DNA of 64,000 nt from Phoronis australis. Lineage: Eukaryota; Animalia; Phoronida. The position numbers were made by a program, and so were the translations under genes. The notes below the pieces were generated by a model. The model was given only the letters and a program-made list of their open reading frames with translations. It searched no databases and was not told where the DNA came from. Shown piece by piece: positions 38,101 to 51,200 of this stretch. The stretch covers positions 83,632 to 147,631 of the forward strand of contig NMRA01000196.1 of NCBI GenBank assembly GCA_002633005.1, read 5' to 3'. Within the stretch, counting starts at the first letter, position 1, and the number at the start of each line of letters is the position of its first letter.

Positions 38101-41100
38101 TCCCCATTTTAATTACTGAAAAGACATTAGCTGAAGACAAAAAAAATAAAATTTACAACATCATATTATTTAATTATAGTTGAAATATGAAAACACCGGA
38201 CATTTGTTGGACGACATCTTCTCTTTCAACTCCAGGCAACAACACACTGGTATCGTGTACAAGACACATTGACTGTATTGGAGTGGGGAAACCTTGCAAA
38301 CCATGTAAGCAAGTGGCCAGAGCGCTGAAACTACGTAAAAAGCGAATATCCATGTAGGCGAACCGCCCACTAAAGGCAAAGACACCTTTACCAAAACTGA
38401 GCAATCGAGCCTTAGCTCAGGCGTCACGGTCTCAACGGCAACAAAACATGGAGCTACTGCGAGAACAAATACAAAGCAGAGAAGCAGAGGTTACATCAAG
38501 TATCCACGAATCACTTGCCACTGTGTTAACCAAGGCGATCAGCTGGTCAAGTTGTTTTGGACGGAGCAACAAAAGAACTTTTTGCGACCGTATGGTGGCC
38601 ACAGGGTTCTCGTTTATCTTTTACAGTTAATTTCACAAAAGGCTTGCACTATGAACATTTAACATTTTGAACAGTGATGGATCAAGAATAATATTGAAAT
38701 CAACATTGATTACAGAAATCACGTATATTAAGAGTTCTGAAACGTGTCACGTTACACTCTTTCCTGTATTACTTCTTCCATAAAACGTTTAAAAGCATTT
38801 TTGAGAAGTAGCATTCGTGTAACGCGTGTTCCATTGGAAGAATAATAAGCTAAAGAAAATATTTAGTATTATTCTATCCTATGTTTGCAGATGGCATCCT
38901 ACCATGATACTGTAAGCGATCCTACACTACAACAAAAGCCCGCAGGCTTATAAGACGCTGCGACCCATTGGTGTCCTCCAACAACCAAGGGAATCAACCT
39001 TACGTGACTATACAAGTTATATTTGTCCAAGCCAGGGATTTCAACCAGAGGTACAGTTACCGTTGGTACCAAATCGCCATATTTGTTTCAATTTTAAGAA
39101 TTGTAATTGAATGCATCATCTGCATCATCTGAGGCTGTTAATGTTATTATTCTCTAGATAATCATACACTTCTAAAATTCATAGCAGGCCACCATAGTAA
39201 TTTTAAATTTTCGTTTCGAAAGTTTTTAAGTAACATTTTTTTAATAGTGCGTGAACAGTCGGGTATGGGTCAAATTAGCAGAGCTCTTGTTCGTTTTTAG
39301 GTTAGAGAACCATTAATCTGTGTCTGGTAATACCCCGTATTTGCCCAAAACAGGTTGTAAACGAACTAAAAAAACTGGTGATGAACCTTACGGATAACGA
39401 GAGATATGTTGCTATGCTACATGATGAGATGAAAATAAGAGAATGCCTGGTCAGTGACGGCCTTAATAAAAATGTTTATCAATTTTGTTTACCACATTTT
39501 CACTCGAAGCATGTAAGAATAAATTTTCAAAAATATCATCATCAGTGGGAAAGTACAATTGTAAATGAGAACATAATTATACGCATTCAGCATTTAATCA
39601 TGCAATCAGGTCATTGATTATGGACCATGTACATCATGGAAGGTGCTTTATTCATTTAAAGGTTTATCATGAAAGAACAAGAGAACTTGAGGGGTACGCT
39701 CACAGTGAAGGCAATATTGCCACCCATGTACTGGCTTTCTTTATCGTTGATATAACTTCGGATCGTCCAATTAGATTCGTCTTCGGCTATTTTGGAATGA
39801 CATGGGCCACATCCAGACAGCTTTATGATTTATTGTGGAAAGCCATCTTCATACTGGAAACACAGTGTAATTTAAAGGTGCGTAGCGGTATCTCTTATTA
39901 CCAACTACGATTAAAACATTTATTGTAAAGATAACGCCATAGTGGAAATATATATTGAGGTTGGTCACTGATTGTTTTTTCGTAAATTTCAGGTAGTGGC
40001 ATCATCCGCCGACAAAGCAAGTGTAAACCAGAAGTTGATAGATATATAGCCGAACCATTAATGTGTTTTCAGTTGACAATTCCTCTTTATGGTTTGTAAG
40101 CGAAGGCTCTCATTTACTAAAGACATCTAGGAACTGTCTTTACAACTCTGGTTCGGGGATTAAATTCAAGATTCATGTGGATGAGTCATGCCATCCCCTG
40201 CTAATTTGCAGGTAAAGAAACAGTACAAATTTTTAAGCTAAAATAACTTGAAAAATACACTTATTGGCACTAGTGTTTATTTATGCACAAGACTTTTACA
40301 TAACAAAAATTAACACTACAATTCACTGTTTGTTAAAAGAACGATAACGAATTGTTTAACTTCGTGAAGTTTCATAGATGATAAATTCTTTTCAGAACAA
40401 CGATAATCACATACAATGGAACTACGTTAAGGATGTGTACCTCGAAGATAAGAAGGGGGAGCTGAAGATGACCAAGCTGACAAAAGCTCAACTCGTAATC
40501 GTTGATGAGCGTTCCGTTGACAGCTGAGGTTGGTGTTACTATATCGTTGGCCGAACCAAATAAAGTCCAAATATGTTTATGGAATCGTTAGTAGTTTCAA
40601 TGGCCTTTTTTAGACAATCTGTGGAAAACGTAATGGAAGCCTTCTCAGAGGAAAACACAAGAGAAACTGTGAAGTACATTCGAATGTTTGACAGAATGTT
40701 CGATTGCTTGAATATTTTCGTTCGGAATTTGAAGCAATGAAAAAGCTCAAACCTGACCTTCTGCTCTACACTAATGTGGATGATCCCTGTTTTCAGGCAA
40801 GTAAGCTAATAAGAATGGAAAATATGTCGTTGACTTAAATATGTGTGTTGGTAAAGACTCTTAATTTCTGCAATCGTAAATTTTATGACTTTTCTCCCGG
40901 GAAATTTCCTCACAGGGAAAGTCAAGTACTTTGTACTAGATGTTGCTAGATGGTACTTTCGTCAAAAATTTTGTTTAACGTCATACTGTACGACGGGAAA
41001 TCACAGAATTTATATTAAAAATAAATCTTTAAAGATCTACATGTATATAGTCAGTTGATATGAACATATAATTTTAATGGTTTTGTGTATTCATTTATAT

Positions 41101-41254
41101 TGTGTAATAGTTCCTAAACAACGAGTTCTTGGGGTGGCTAAAGGAATGGAGGACTACATGTATTGTGGAGGATAGACTGGGTTATTCCAATGCTGAAAGG
41201 AACAAAATGTTCTGATCATCTCAAACCAAACTTGCAAGGGTATAGTAACAACAG
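35101..41254 (+). pseudogene. Decayed intron-containing THAP + P-element-family (THAP9-like) transposase
   Basis: THAP at 35101-35292 (MVGCCVARCS..ISFHTI..LWEEKL..YICSRHFEGECF); 36441-36538 (RRIIEGSMPTLF); ~38270-38530 (CKPCKQ..PLKAKTPL); 38891-39050 (WHPTMIL*..KSPQAYKTLR..STLRDYT); 39354-39449 (LHDEMKIRE); 39662-39877 (ATHVLAFFI..LWKAIFILE); ~39993-40180 (ADKASVN, HLLKTSRNCL); ~40396-40797 (FDRMFDCLN); ~41111-41254 (WLKEWE..KMF*SSQT). In-frame stops and frameshifts are present, and no C-terminal catalytic Glu exon was seen. Confidence 0.85.
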
Positions 41255-42058
41255 GTTAGTTTACAACGATTCCAGATCATGTATATTTTACGCATTTAGG
41301 CACATGAAATTGCGCACCATAAACCAATATGCTAATTTCTCCGCGTTTACACGTAGAAGACATGAAACACTTCGTATAAAAGGAGCACCAGATCTTTAAA
41401 TTCGATCGTCCACATGATTTTTTCACACGTTGAATCAATGTGACAAGCGTTTAGGTCGGACGGTAGAAACAATGAAGTAAAACCAGAGATAAATTTTGGT
41501 AGGCAAAGTTTGTGAATGAAGGTCAACGTTATTTGATATGGGAAAGCATAATCTGTTTCATTCTATTTATGAGCAGTGACAGCAATTGTCGAGTTAACCA
41601 AATTCCTGTTATCAAAAGCAGGGGCCACTCGCCCAGTCTCCAATGCGAGTAAATACATGTACATGTATGGTGCTGGGCGAGTAGAAGTTGTCAGAGCACA
41701 AAAAGCACTATTAATATCGTTTCCCAGATGAACATGAATAAATTTTCTCCTCCTTGTGCTGTTTTTATCGTGAATTTAAGGTTCAGTTTGGCCAGCTTAT
41801 CGATGCTCCGCCAGTAAAAAAACATCGGCGCAGTGCGATCTTACCGATTCTGCAGATGTCACCCGTTACGCGATTCGTCTAGACAGCAGATCGCAGTGTG
41901 TGGTCGTGCACAAGGGAGTTTGTGGACTACTTCCGAAACCAAGAAAGGGGGGGAAGACCAGTCCATGTGCTCATAGCAAGTGAAATACCATATCTCTTGG
42001 AACTGATTTCTTGTTTTAATGTAGAACGTCATTTTAGCCAAAATTATTTTATAAATAA

Positions 42059-43140
42059 TAACATTTGCCGTAATAAGCGCCCATACCCCTATAAGCGTTC
42101 CCCACTAGTTTTCAGACATCGCTAAAATAAGCGCCCAGTCCATGAACCTGTTCATGTATGCCTTACCTACAGTTCTAAAATTCTTCAGTAATGTCTTCAA
42201 TTTATCTATAATATCTGACAGTCCTGAAAAATCATTGTACGCGGAATTTCTAGACCACGAACCTCGCCGCTAAGTCGGTATTTATCCGTGGCTATACATG
42301 TACACTTCAAATTTCCGCAGTGCTTTGAAAAGAATGCAAAAAATTGCTAATCACGATGCGAGGAACGTGTTCCACTCATGGTCAGGCCTTTCAGAACAGA
42401 CGCAGCGTACTGGTCAACGGGATTGTATTGTATGTTTCCCTTACAGATCTTCTCCCTCAACAGGAATCTTACTTTGTACACGTAAAACCCACGAATCGAA
42501 ACTCGACCAGCATTAATGAGCTTGTGGCCAAGAAAGGGCCTACATAATTCAGGCTTGCTACTCTGGCAAATGAACTCTGATGACACGCACGCGCTTGCTC
42601 ACTCGGCGCACACCTTCAGACTAATGGCAAAACAAACGTCACGGCGTGACAACAACTTGTGTTCGTCCAGATTTTTCACTTGTTGCGGGTTCTAGCGCAG
42701 ATTTGGACTTAATCTGCGGTTAGGCCTGACTCCATAGGAACTTGAAAATCTTAAGGACGCTATTTGGGAAACTTAAGGATGATTTCAGGTAATTTGTTTA
42801 GTCGAAACTGTATTTTTACTCAAGAATTCAAGTTGCCCTATTGACGATAGCCTGGCCGCGACGCATCAGTCGGCAAGTTTTTGCCCTGGGAATTCAGCAC
42901 ATTTTTTTAAAACGATCGTAATTTAACAACAAAGTTTGATAGCAATGCACCACAATTTTGTAGAAAGTATGTCATTGCTGAGAGATACGTCACAGCGAGT
43001 AAATTCGATGAATCCTAGCCTCCGAGTTCACCCGTTTCGGAGACCGGGTTTCAACCGCCTTAGGCTGCAATAAGCGCCCCCCCCCCTTCCGAAAAGATTT
43101 TTTCTAAGCACCCTGGGCGCTTATTAGGGCGAATACGATA
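42059..43140. mobile_element. Tc1/mariner-pogo-like TIR element carrying a decayed HIRAN-like ORF
   Basis: Ends ATTTGCCGTAATAAGCGCCCA / TGGGCGCTTATTAGGGCGAATACGATA with repeated TAAGCGCCC motifs. The minus strand at ~42210-42560 reads SIRGFYVYKV..NPVDQYAASVLK / EHVPR / GLEIPRTMIF across frameshifts. Confidence 0.55.
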
Positions 43141-46100
43141 GCCTTAACTGATGGTGACATCAACGCACGAAACGATGACTTTTATTAACACCAGTAGCAA
43201 ATTTGTGGTGACAGACGCTAACGGCCGGGCAACTGAACTTCAGGCTGGGCGAGTAGAGATTATCTTGCTCACTCGCCCAGCTGGCGAGCAGGGTTTTGAA
43301 ACTTGGGTATATCCCTGTCATTTTGTTTTTAAATGTGACACTGATAATTGTTTATTATCGAATCTTGTGCATACCAGATTCTCATTCAGCTACATAATTA
43401 CACACACACACGAACTAAATGCAAACAAAGGGAATGCTTCATTTTGATCGCTGCACATTTCTATAGGTCAGTAGGAAAATGACAATTCGCAAGCGTAATC
43501 CATTATCTTTTCAGCTTTATAAAGAATAAGCAGAACTGCACTGTATGTGGGTTTAAAAGTGAAGAAATGTTGAGGTTTCAATAATAAGTGACAAACTTTC
43601 CTGTTGATGAAAAATTTATTCGATTGTCAAAGTGTAACATTAACGGGCTTTCTACTTTCATGTACAATCGATGCAGTCACTGAATGTCATTTTCAAATAC
43701 TATATACTAAATTGAAAAGTTTTTACCATTAGTATAAAGCCTTTCTCCTAAAAGTAAAAGTTAATGTCACTCAGTGAGAAACGACAGGTATTGATACCAG
43801 ATGCTTTTGGTATTTATTTCACTGGGATCACGTAGTTTCAATGGCCTATTGTAGCGCTTCTAAAAAAGACCCACTTTCGGCTCGTGGCTTTCCTTCGTGT
43901 AACCTCATTCAGCTTCAATAACATTCACAATTAGATCCTTGAAGGGAAACACAACAATATATCACTTGACTCGTTTTGTGCCCAAAATCTGACACTGAAT
44001 TCGACCAGAGTGTCACTACAGCTGTAGGTCTTCTTTAGATTCAGCCCCTCATGTTTCTTCCAGGAAAAGAAATATTAAGCTATTGTCCACACATGAATCG
44101 TTGCCTATAAAGAGCATTCTCTCCAACGAGGCTGGCTGGGGTAGCAGTCAGATATAGTTCCACTGCAGACACAAACAATCCACTGGTACATTAATTGTGT
44201 TATGGTAATTTTGTACCGAATGCAATTCACATTTCTCCAACAAAGGGCCACTGACTTGTACATTTTGCCATGCAGCACAACGACTGAGGTACATTATGCC
44301 AGGACACAATATTTTGATGGTTTTCATCAATGGATGTATTTTAGATGTAAAAATAGTCATTTTGTCACCACATTAGGCCTTTAACTAATTAACTGATAAT
44401 TGTCATATTTTGCTATATATACATTGTAAATAACATGTCATTTTTGTGAGTTGATAGCCGGTTCAGTAAATAATATCAAGTCCTCGGCAAAAAAATCAAC
44501 AAAAATACAACTTTAACATACCGGTACCAATATTGACAGTACAAACTACAGTACAATACGGTACAATATACATGTCATGTTTTTAGATCATTGATAAACA
44601 TTACAAACAAAAAGACAACGAGCAACCCTGTCTCACTTCAAGTGTACAGAAAAAATAGTCCGAAACATTTCCAGGCTTATCTGAATTGATTTGCCAGTTT
44701 CTTGTTTAGAGATTAACAACACTCGGACAGAACATCTGCAGTGAACCGACGGCCTTATCCAAGGCGCAAATTTTTTATCATGTTTGCCGCGCTATGCGGA
44801 TGAACCTACACACACACGATGAAACTTATAAACATGCACGTAGTTAGAAAATGGTGTACCGGTATCTCAATTTATAACGCTGGACAACATTTCGCTAGTA
44901 CTGGAACACGCATTACGGTCTTTCACGGTCAATAAATAAGCTCACCATGCTTTCCCACCTTTGCTATGCACAGGAATAAGCCTCATCACTTCTTTGGATG
45001 GACTAGGTACACCTGTGCAGTGTAGAATAGGTTATATCTAAAATTTCAAAGTATTTGGCCTGTGCACCAGTCTTTCATTAGAGAGCAAGAGAGGACGAGA
45101 GGGAGAGAACAGAAAGGAGGGGGTGACAGAATGCGTTTGTTGCTTGGTGAAATGACGTTTCTCCAAGAACACTGTATGTTGCTTTGTCATAAAATTTGTT
45201 ACTTGGCGAAATTCTTTCGCCTAAGTATGTTGCTCTACATCAAGTTTTTTGCTCGCAGTCTGTAAGTTGAAGTGTTCGTGTAATTCGCATGAAATTCACA
45301 CACACACACANATAGCTCAAAAGTCTACTGTATTGTTTTTTGTAATGATTGAATTGAAGATGATGCGCGTGGCGGCCATTTTATTTTCGAATTCAGATTC
45401 AAATGCTTATACGGACTGTAATTTTTGACATAGAAAGCTGAAAATCTGCACGAATATTATAACATTTGTGTTTAACGCTTGTCCCGAAATCATTAACTTC
45501 CGGTAAACTGTGACAGAAATGTCGGCCTTTGCGTTTGGGCACATCCATTTCAAACGCTAAAACGTTTTGTCTTGTAGAGGGCACATTGTAGAACCAATTG
45601 CTTCGAACATTTTCATGTGTTAGTCTCTTGTGAGTAGCTATTACAAAGTACTGCTTTACCGCAAGTTGTTTTCAGAATGGCGGCTCTGGCGCATTATCAT
45701 CACTTTTCAATTGTGCGGGGTTTGTTGAACATAAAAAGGAAGTAACATGAACTTTTACATGTGGATTTTTAAGGTATACTCTTTCAAATAAACACCAACA
45801 ATTTCGCTCTCAGCACACAACATGTTTTTTTGTAAATGGCTCGAAGTGTGTTGTTTTTTGTTGAAACCGGATTCAAGATGGCGTTTCGGCGGCCATTTTT
45901 CCATTTCTTTGTTTGCGGAGCCATACTATTAGCTATGGCTCCGCCGTTTTTAGTAGAAATTTTCTGATTTTGCTTTCTGATTTTTCGTTCATTCCTAGCA
46001 CTGCCGCAAATGTTGCATTTGTTTTTTTTTCTAGTTCTTACTGTTCTCTCGTTTTTTGAGATTTGTGCCGCATCTTTTGTGCCTCTTGACGGATCTGCCA

Positions 46101-46486
46101 TCAGCTACATGTATGTGAAAGCCGTCTCTTGCTACGACTTACGGTTCTCACAATATTCGAGGTTTACTGCTCAGACGGCTGGTTTTTTGTTGACTAAGTT
46201 AATTCTAGCTGCACTTTGCTAGCCTATCATATTTGTGCTAGAGATCTCATTTTTCGTTTGATCCACATGGAATTTACATGTAGTCTTTACTTACTCAATA
46301 GCCCGAAGATAGTTGTTCTTTGGCAAACTCGGAGTCAAGATGGCGCTGTGTCGGCCATATGTCGAATTATGTTTGCGGAACGTTAGCTTCGCGATCTTTT
46401 GACCGAATTTTTCCAAATTTTAGTATGTAATTAGATCTCCTTACGGCTACCTAATATGTTAGTGTAATAAAAGTTGGGGTCATGAT

Positions 46487-46647
46487 CAGTGCTGTAGTGG
46501 GGCGTAGGCGCACGTAGGTGCAGCCAACCACCTTTTGGCATTTGCCTTGCACGCTAGGTCTACGCACTGTAAGTTACGTTCAGTGCTCAAGGTGATACGG
46601 TGAGCTTTGGGCGCCTACTTACCTCTAACTTTACCACTACAGCACTT
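46487..46647. mobile_element. hAT-type MITE
   Basis: TIRs CAGTGCTGTAGTGG / CCACTACAGCACTT, with an 8-bp target-site duplication GTCATGAT on both sides. Confidence 0.82.
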
Positions 46648-48257
46648 GTCATGATTGTTTACTTTCTTTTGTTTCGTCGTCGAGCTCACCTTTAAACTTT
46701 CAATTTCGTCTCACCAAGTGTCGTTGTTCAAAGCACTTTCATTTATTTCAGTTTACAATTTGTTAAGTGCATTAATAAAGAAAAAATGCCATAGAAGGCT
46801 TGATTTTACGACCGGCAGATCTCCAATCCAACGTCAACTTTGGTTGGTAAAAATCCCAGGGCGTTACGAAGTCGCCACGTCACATGGGCGAGCATGCATT
46901 CAACCCTAGAGGAAGCAACCAGACGGAAGACGGATTTTAAACTGACGATTTATTGAATTAAGCAATATAGACAAAAAATGAAGCATAGGTATAAAGTCCC
47001 TACAGTTCAACAAGAAACATTTGACAGTTTTGTGAAGTTTTGTTGACTACGTATCAACATTCTATATTAGTGTTGCTAAACGCAATGAAATACAGCGAAC
47101 AATAACCATAGTGCAGATCCCAGACACACCTAAATAACTATGCAAATTGGTGTGCATATTAGATAAACGTAATACAACCGCAGCCTTTACCGTTACACAA
47201 TTGAATAATGAGGGCATAGCGTAATGTTGTAACCAACAGAATCGATCAAGAACATCTACTGTACACATATCTGCAGATAAAAGCTTAGAAAACAATAGTA
47301 AAGGATATACCGTACAGGTGTGGTTAACGTCAGGGGGCTTAGATGTGAAGGTTCTAAGGTCACTTGGTGTAGCTTAAGCCGAACTTGGGAATTTAAAGAC
47401 GGAGAACTCGGGGAAGAGCAGTTTCTAAACAGTCGATTTGGCTTCACCATTTCGCGGAGAAAAAAATGTGCATGAGTCATTACTATTTCAAGTCTCCAGT
47501 GCCGCTGAAACTGGTTGCTCTTAGTCAAAGGTAAGCGAGTTGCGTAAGGTTTGAGAGCTAAAGTTCTCGCATTCCCAAGAACACTGGTACTTGGAGGTCT
47601 CGATGGTACACTTTAGGGGTTTTAGATACCTCGAGCTTGGGAGTGTATAAGCGAAACTTAGGAAATGTTTAGGTGTTAAGCCGAACATGAAAATACAGCC
47701 ATGAGTAGCCTACCACTGTCTTGTGTGTGTGGTATAATCAGCAAAATTAAGGCATCGTATAATTACATCAACCTGCTAACATCGGCTACGAAAGTAAACG
47801 TTCGGCTTTATTCTTTGAAAAATAAAGATGTGAGTTGTTACATTCTGTTTTATGATCATGCACCTGATCTGACTTGATTATGCGTCCATATTGGATTAAG
47901 TACACCACAATCGTGATAAGCATTATAGTAACTACCGAGTGCAATAGATGTACGCATATGGTCCCCAACACGTGGTTGATAAACAGATTTGTCCCAAGAG
48001 CTATATTAGACTGACAACAAAACGAAATCAACACGAGTACACATTAATGTGGCAGCATGGATAAATAAGTAAGACGTCTTTCGCTAATTGACATCAAGTT
48101 AATAGAAAAAACACGTGGTTTCTCCTAAGGAAATCTATGAGTCTTCATAATCCGGACACAACTGACGATTCTAGTTGGCTTCTGAATCTTATTGTTCATG
48201 TGTTTGTCAAGCGTATAACCATCTCGCCAATTTTTCCAATACTTTCGAGTCACGGTT

Positions 48258-51200
48258 TTATTTCAGACCCTTTACTTGCCTGAAACTTTTCTTAGGAGAA
48301 GACAGAAATTCATTAACTTCGTGCGCTATTGAACTAATAGTCGCAGAGTCACTTAAAAGCGACGCCACCGGAAGGTTGTAGCTTGTATGTTGCGACACAA
48401 GTAGCCTGACTTCCACGGCAAAGTTTGAATCTATCCCGAGGTTTGAAAGGCTTTCCTCTTCTAATACTGAACTAACCTTAATGACAAGGATTTCGCTGAT
48501 GGAGTACTGCAGGAATTCTACGAGTTTTTTGTACCTCTGCACCGGAGGCAGTTTCTTATCTTCTTCTCCAAACTCGCGCCTCGCACTTTCAGGTGCATCA
48601 ATTTCTTCGTCCTTTATTTTCTGCTGTGCTGAATCAATAAAACTGCGACAACGGTACCTTGGGGAAGACTTTACCCTGGTTATAACGCCGTTCCTTACAA
48701 TTTTCCTCCAATTTACTTTCCAGGCAATAACCTGAGGAAGATTGGCAACTAGTATGGACTCTAAACAGTGGTGGATTTCACTTACTGTCAATGGTTCCAT
48801 ACCTTTTAGCGCAAATGAACGAGCAACATTTCCTCGTCCTTCTAATGCTCCCAGAGCTAACGGCCCCCAATTAATTGTTTGGCCTGGCGTTCCAAGTTTC
48901 CTGCGATAAAAAGCAAATGAATCCATGAATGAGTTGGCCGCCCCGTAATTGGTTTGTCCGTGGTTGCCGATAGCTGACGCGATAGAAGAGTGCATAACAA
49001 AGTAGTCTATTGGATCATTCTGGGTTACAAGGTGGAGATTTAACGTGCCAATTACCTTCGGGTTAAGGACCTTGCAGAAATCTTCATACGACTGATTTTC
49101 CACAATTCCGTCAGATAGAACCATTGCCCCACTGAAGACACCTTTGATTGGATAACTGGGATGAGACATGCGAAGTTTTTTCATCACACTGGACAAGTAT
49201 TTGTAATCTGCAATATCTGCCTGAACACAAGATATTTTGGAACAGAACAGATCAGATGTTTCTTTCACGAAGCTCAATTCTTTTTCTGCAGCTTCTCTTC
49301 TTGACAGAATTACAATGAAACCGGCGTTACGTGCAGCCAAGAACCTGACTAGTTCTCTACCCAATCCAGTGTGACCGCCTATAACAAGATACATCGCTGC
49401 TCTATCAAAAAGTGTTCTGCGGTCGCACAAAACAGGGCACTGTTCTTCCAACTTTGCGCGATAGTAAATGCCCGACCTTGATTTTGGTGATAGTTGTCTT
49501 TGGAAGTTGTTTTGATAACCTGTACCTATAACACTCGGACCCGGCAACAATCCCTTCTTATCAAGCTTCTTCAACCATTTAAGTGTTCGAGCCAAAGCTA
49601 AAGTTAGATAATTTGGATTCAACCAGTGGTTGTTGATACCACTGCGCGGGAATAATTCTTGAACTACCGTAGTCCTTTGCATCATATCCTTAGACATGCT
49701 CGGAGCATCACTAACGTCAGTAAGAAGGAAGATTTTGTCATATCCATCGATTGTTAAGTCCTTTGCAATAATAGACGAAGTCACATTCTTGGAATAATAT
49801 TGGATGACCCGATTCAGAAGTACAGATAACTGCCTTTGTTTGTCGCCATACAAAACAAGAACGTTGTCCTTTGCAGAAAGACGCACTTTGCAATTCAAAA
49901 TGTCCCAAAACATAACAAACGTTGACAGCAACTGTCGGCAAGGCTTAGGAACTGACTTTATTGGGATGACGCAGGATTCGGGAACTTCAAGTACTGACTG
50001 TACTATTGTTGGGTAGCAAACGACAACTTCCTGCCTATCTTTGAGCCGACTATTCTTTTTGTCGACTATAAATCCTACTATGTCTACAACAGTAAGGAAC
50101 TGGTCAGCGTGGATATCAAAAGGCTCGTCTCCTTCCGCATTCACAGTAGGAGGAAGCATAAGCGAGTCAGGCTGACAGAAAGAAGATACAAGTACGACCA
50201 CATTCCGGTCATCATTTTCCATCATTTCTTTTGTGAGAACGTACTGAGGGCTTTTGTTCTGCCCATCGCCAGTGATTTGCATTCGCAGTGGTCTTGAATG
50301 GTAGTCCGTAACATGGTTCTGTCGAAACCGATGTTGATTGACTTCTCTGTCAACTCTGTGTATTGAATTAAAGAAAATGTCAGGGCCGCGCAAAGCAATT
50401 TCGGGACTCTCCAATTCTCGTGGGTTTTGAACTATGTTGAATAAATGTTCAAGCTCGTGCTTCGAACAAGCACTCATGTCTATTAATAGAATTGGAGTTT
50501 CATAAGTGTTCACTTCATTGTGAAGACAGCGAACCATGCCCCACATTTCAGAACCAATGACGTTTATATTCACGGACAATTCATCACCGCAGAACTGAGT
50601 GTTGAATGTGACAACAATTACTGGAAGTTTGAGACCAAACGCTTGTATGATGGCACAGATGTGACGAAGTCCATTGCAACTGAATTTTGCACTGTTATCG
50701 GCTTCATTGACCTGCAAGGAACATTCGGGGGTGCTACATGCCCAACAGAAGACCAGATTGGTAAATTTTCTCAAAAACGCAGCCATTTCTGCCTTGGTAC
50801 CGGGTTGGAGAATTCCCGTTTGAGAAAAAAGAGTACCAATGTTTGAATTCACATGCACCAGGGTAACATCAGGTCCCAAGGAATTGCATAGAGCCTTACT
50901 CAAGGAGCAATCTTTCGCAAACACAACAGTCTTTCCACTTTGGGTTGACCCTCTCGGGATCACTGAACCATCTTGCTTCTCCCATGTTACGCCATAGAAG
51001 ATACGTTCTGGTAAAACGCTTACAGTGTTTTTTAGTATGAACTTCGAACATTCAGCTATTACTCTACCAGTCCCATCAAGCAAAACTGCCCCGAATTCAA
51101 TGTGGCTGTCAGTCTTATCTATCAAATGCAAATAGCCATACACGTGGTCCTCGACAGCACTGTGTACAACAAGGCCGCTGAACATTTGTGGTAAGTATCG

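Noticed and set aside
41619-43317. hAT-like element with CAGGG..CCCTG ends and CTCGCCCAG motifs
   Set aside because: The TIR match is very short and there is no 8-bp TSD, so it is mentioned only as a possibility.
43900-44350. Possible Harbinger transposase remnant on the minus strand
   Set aside because: Only faint motif echoes across many stops and frameshifts; not supportable by eye.
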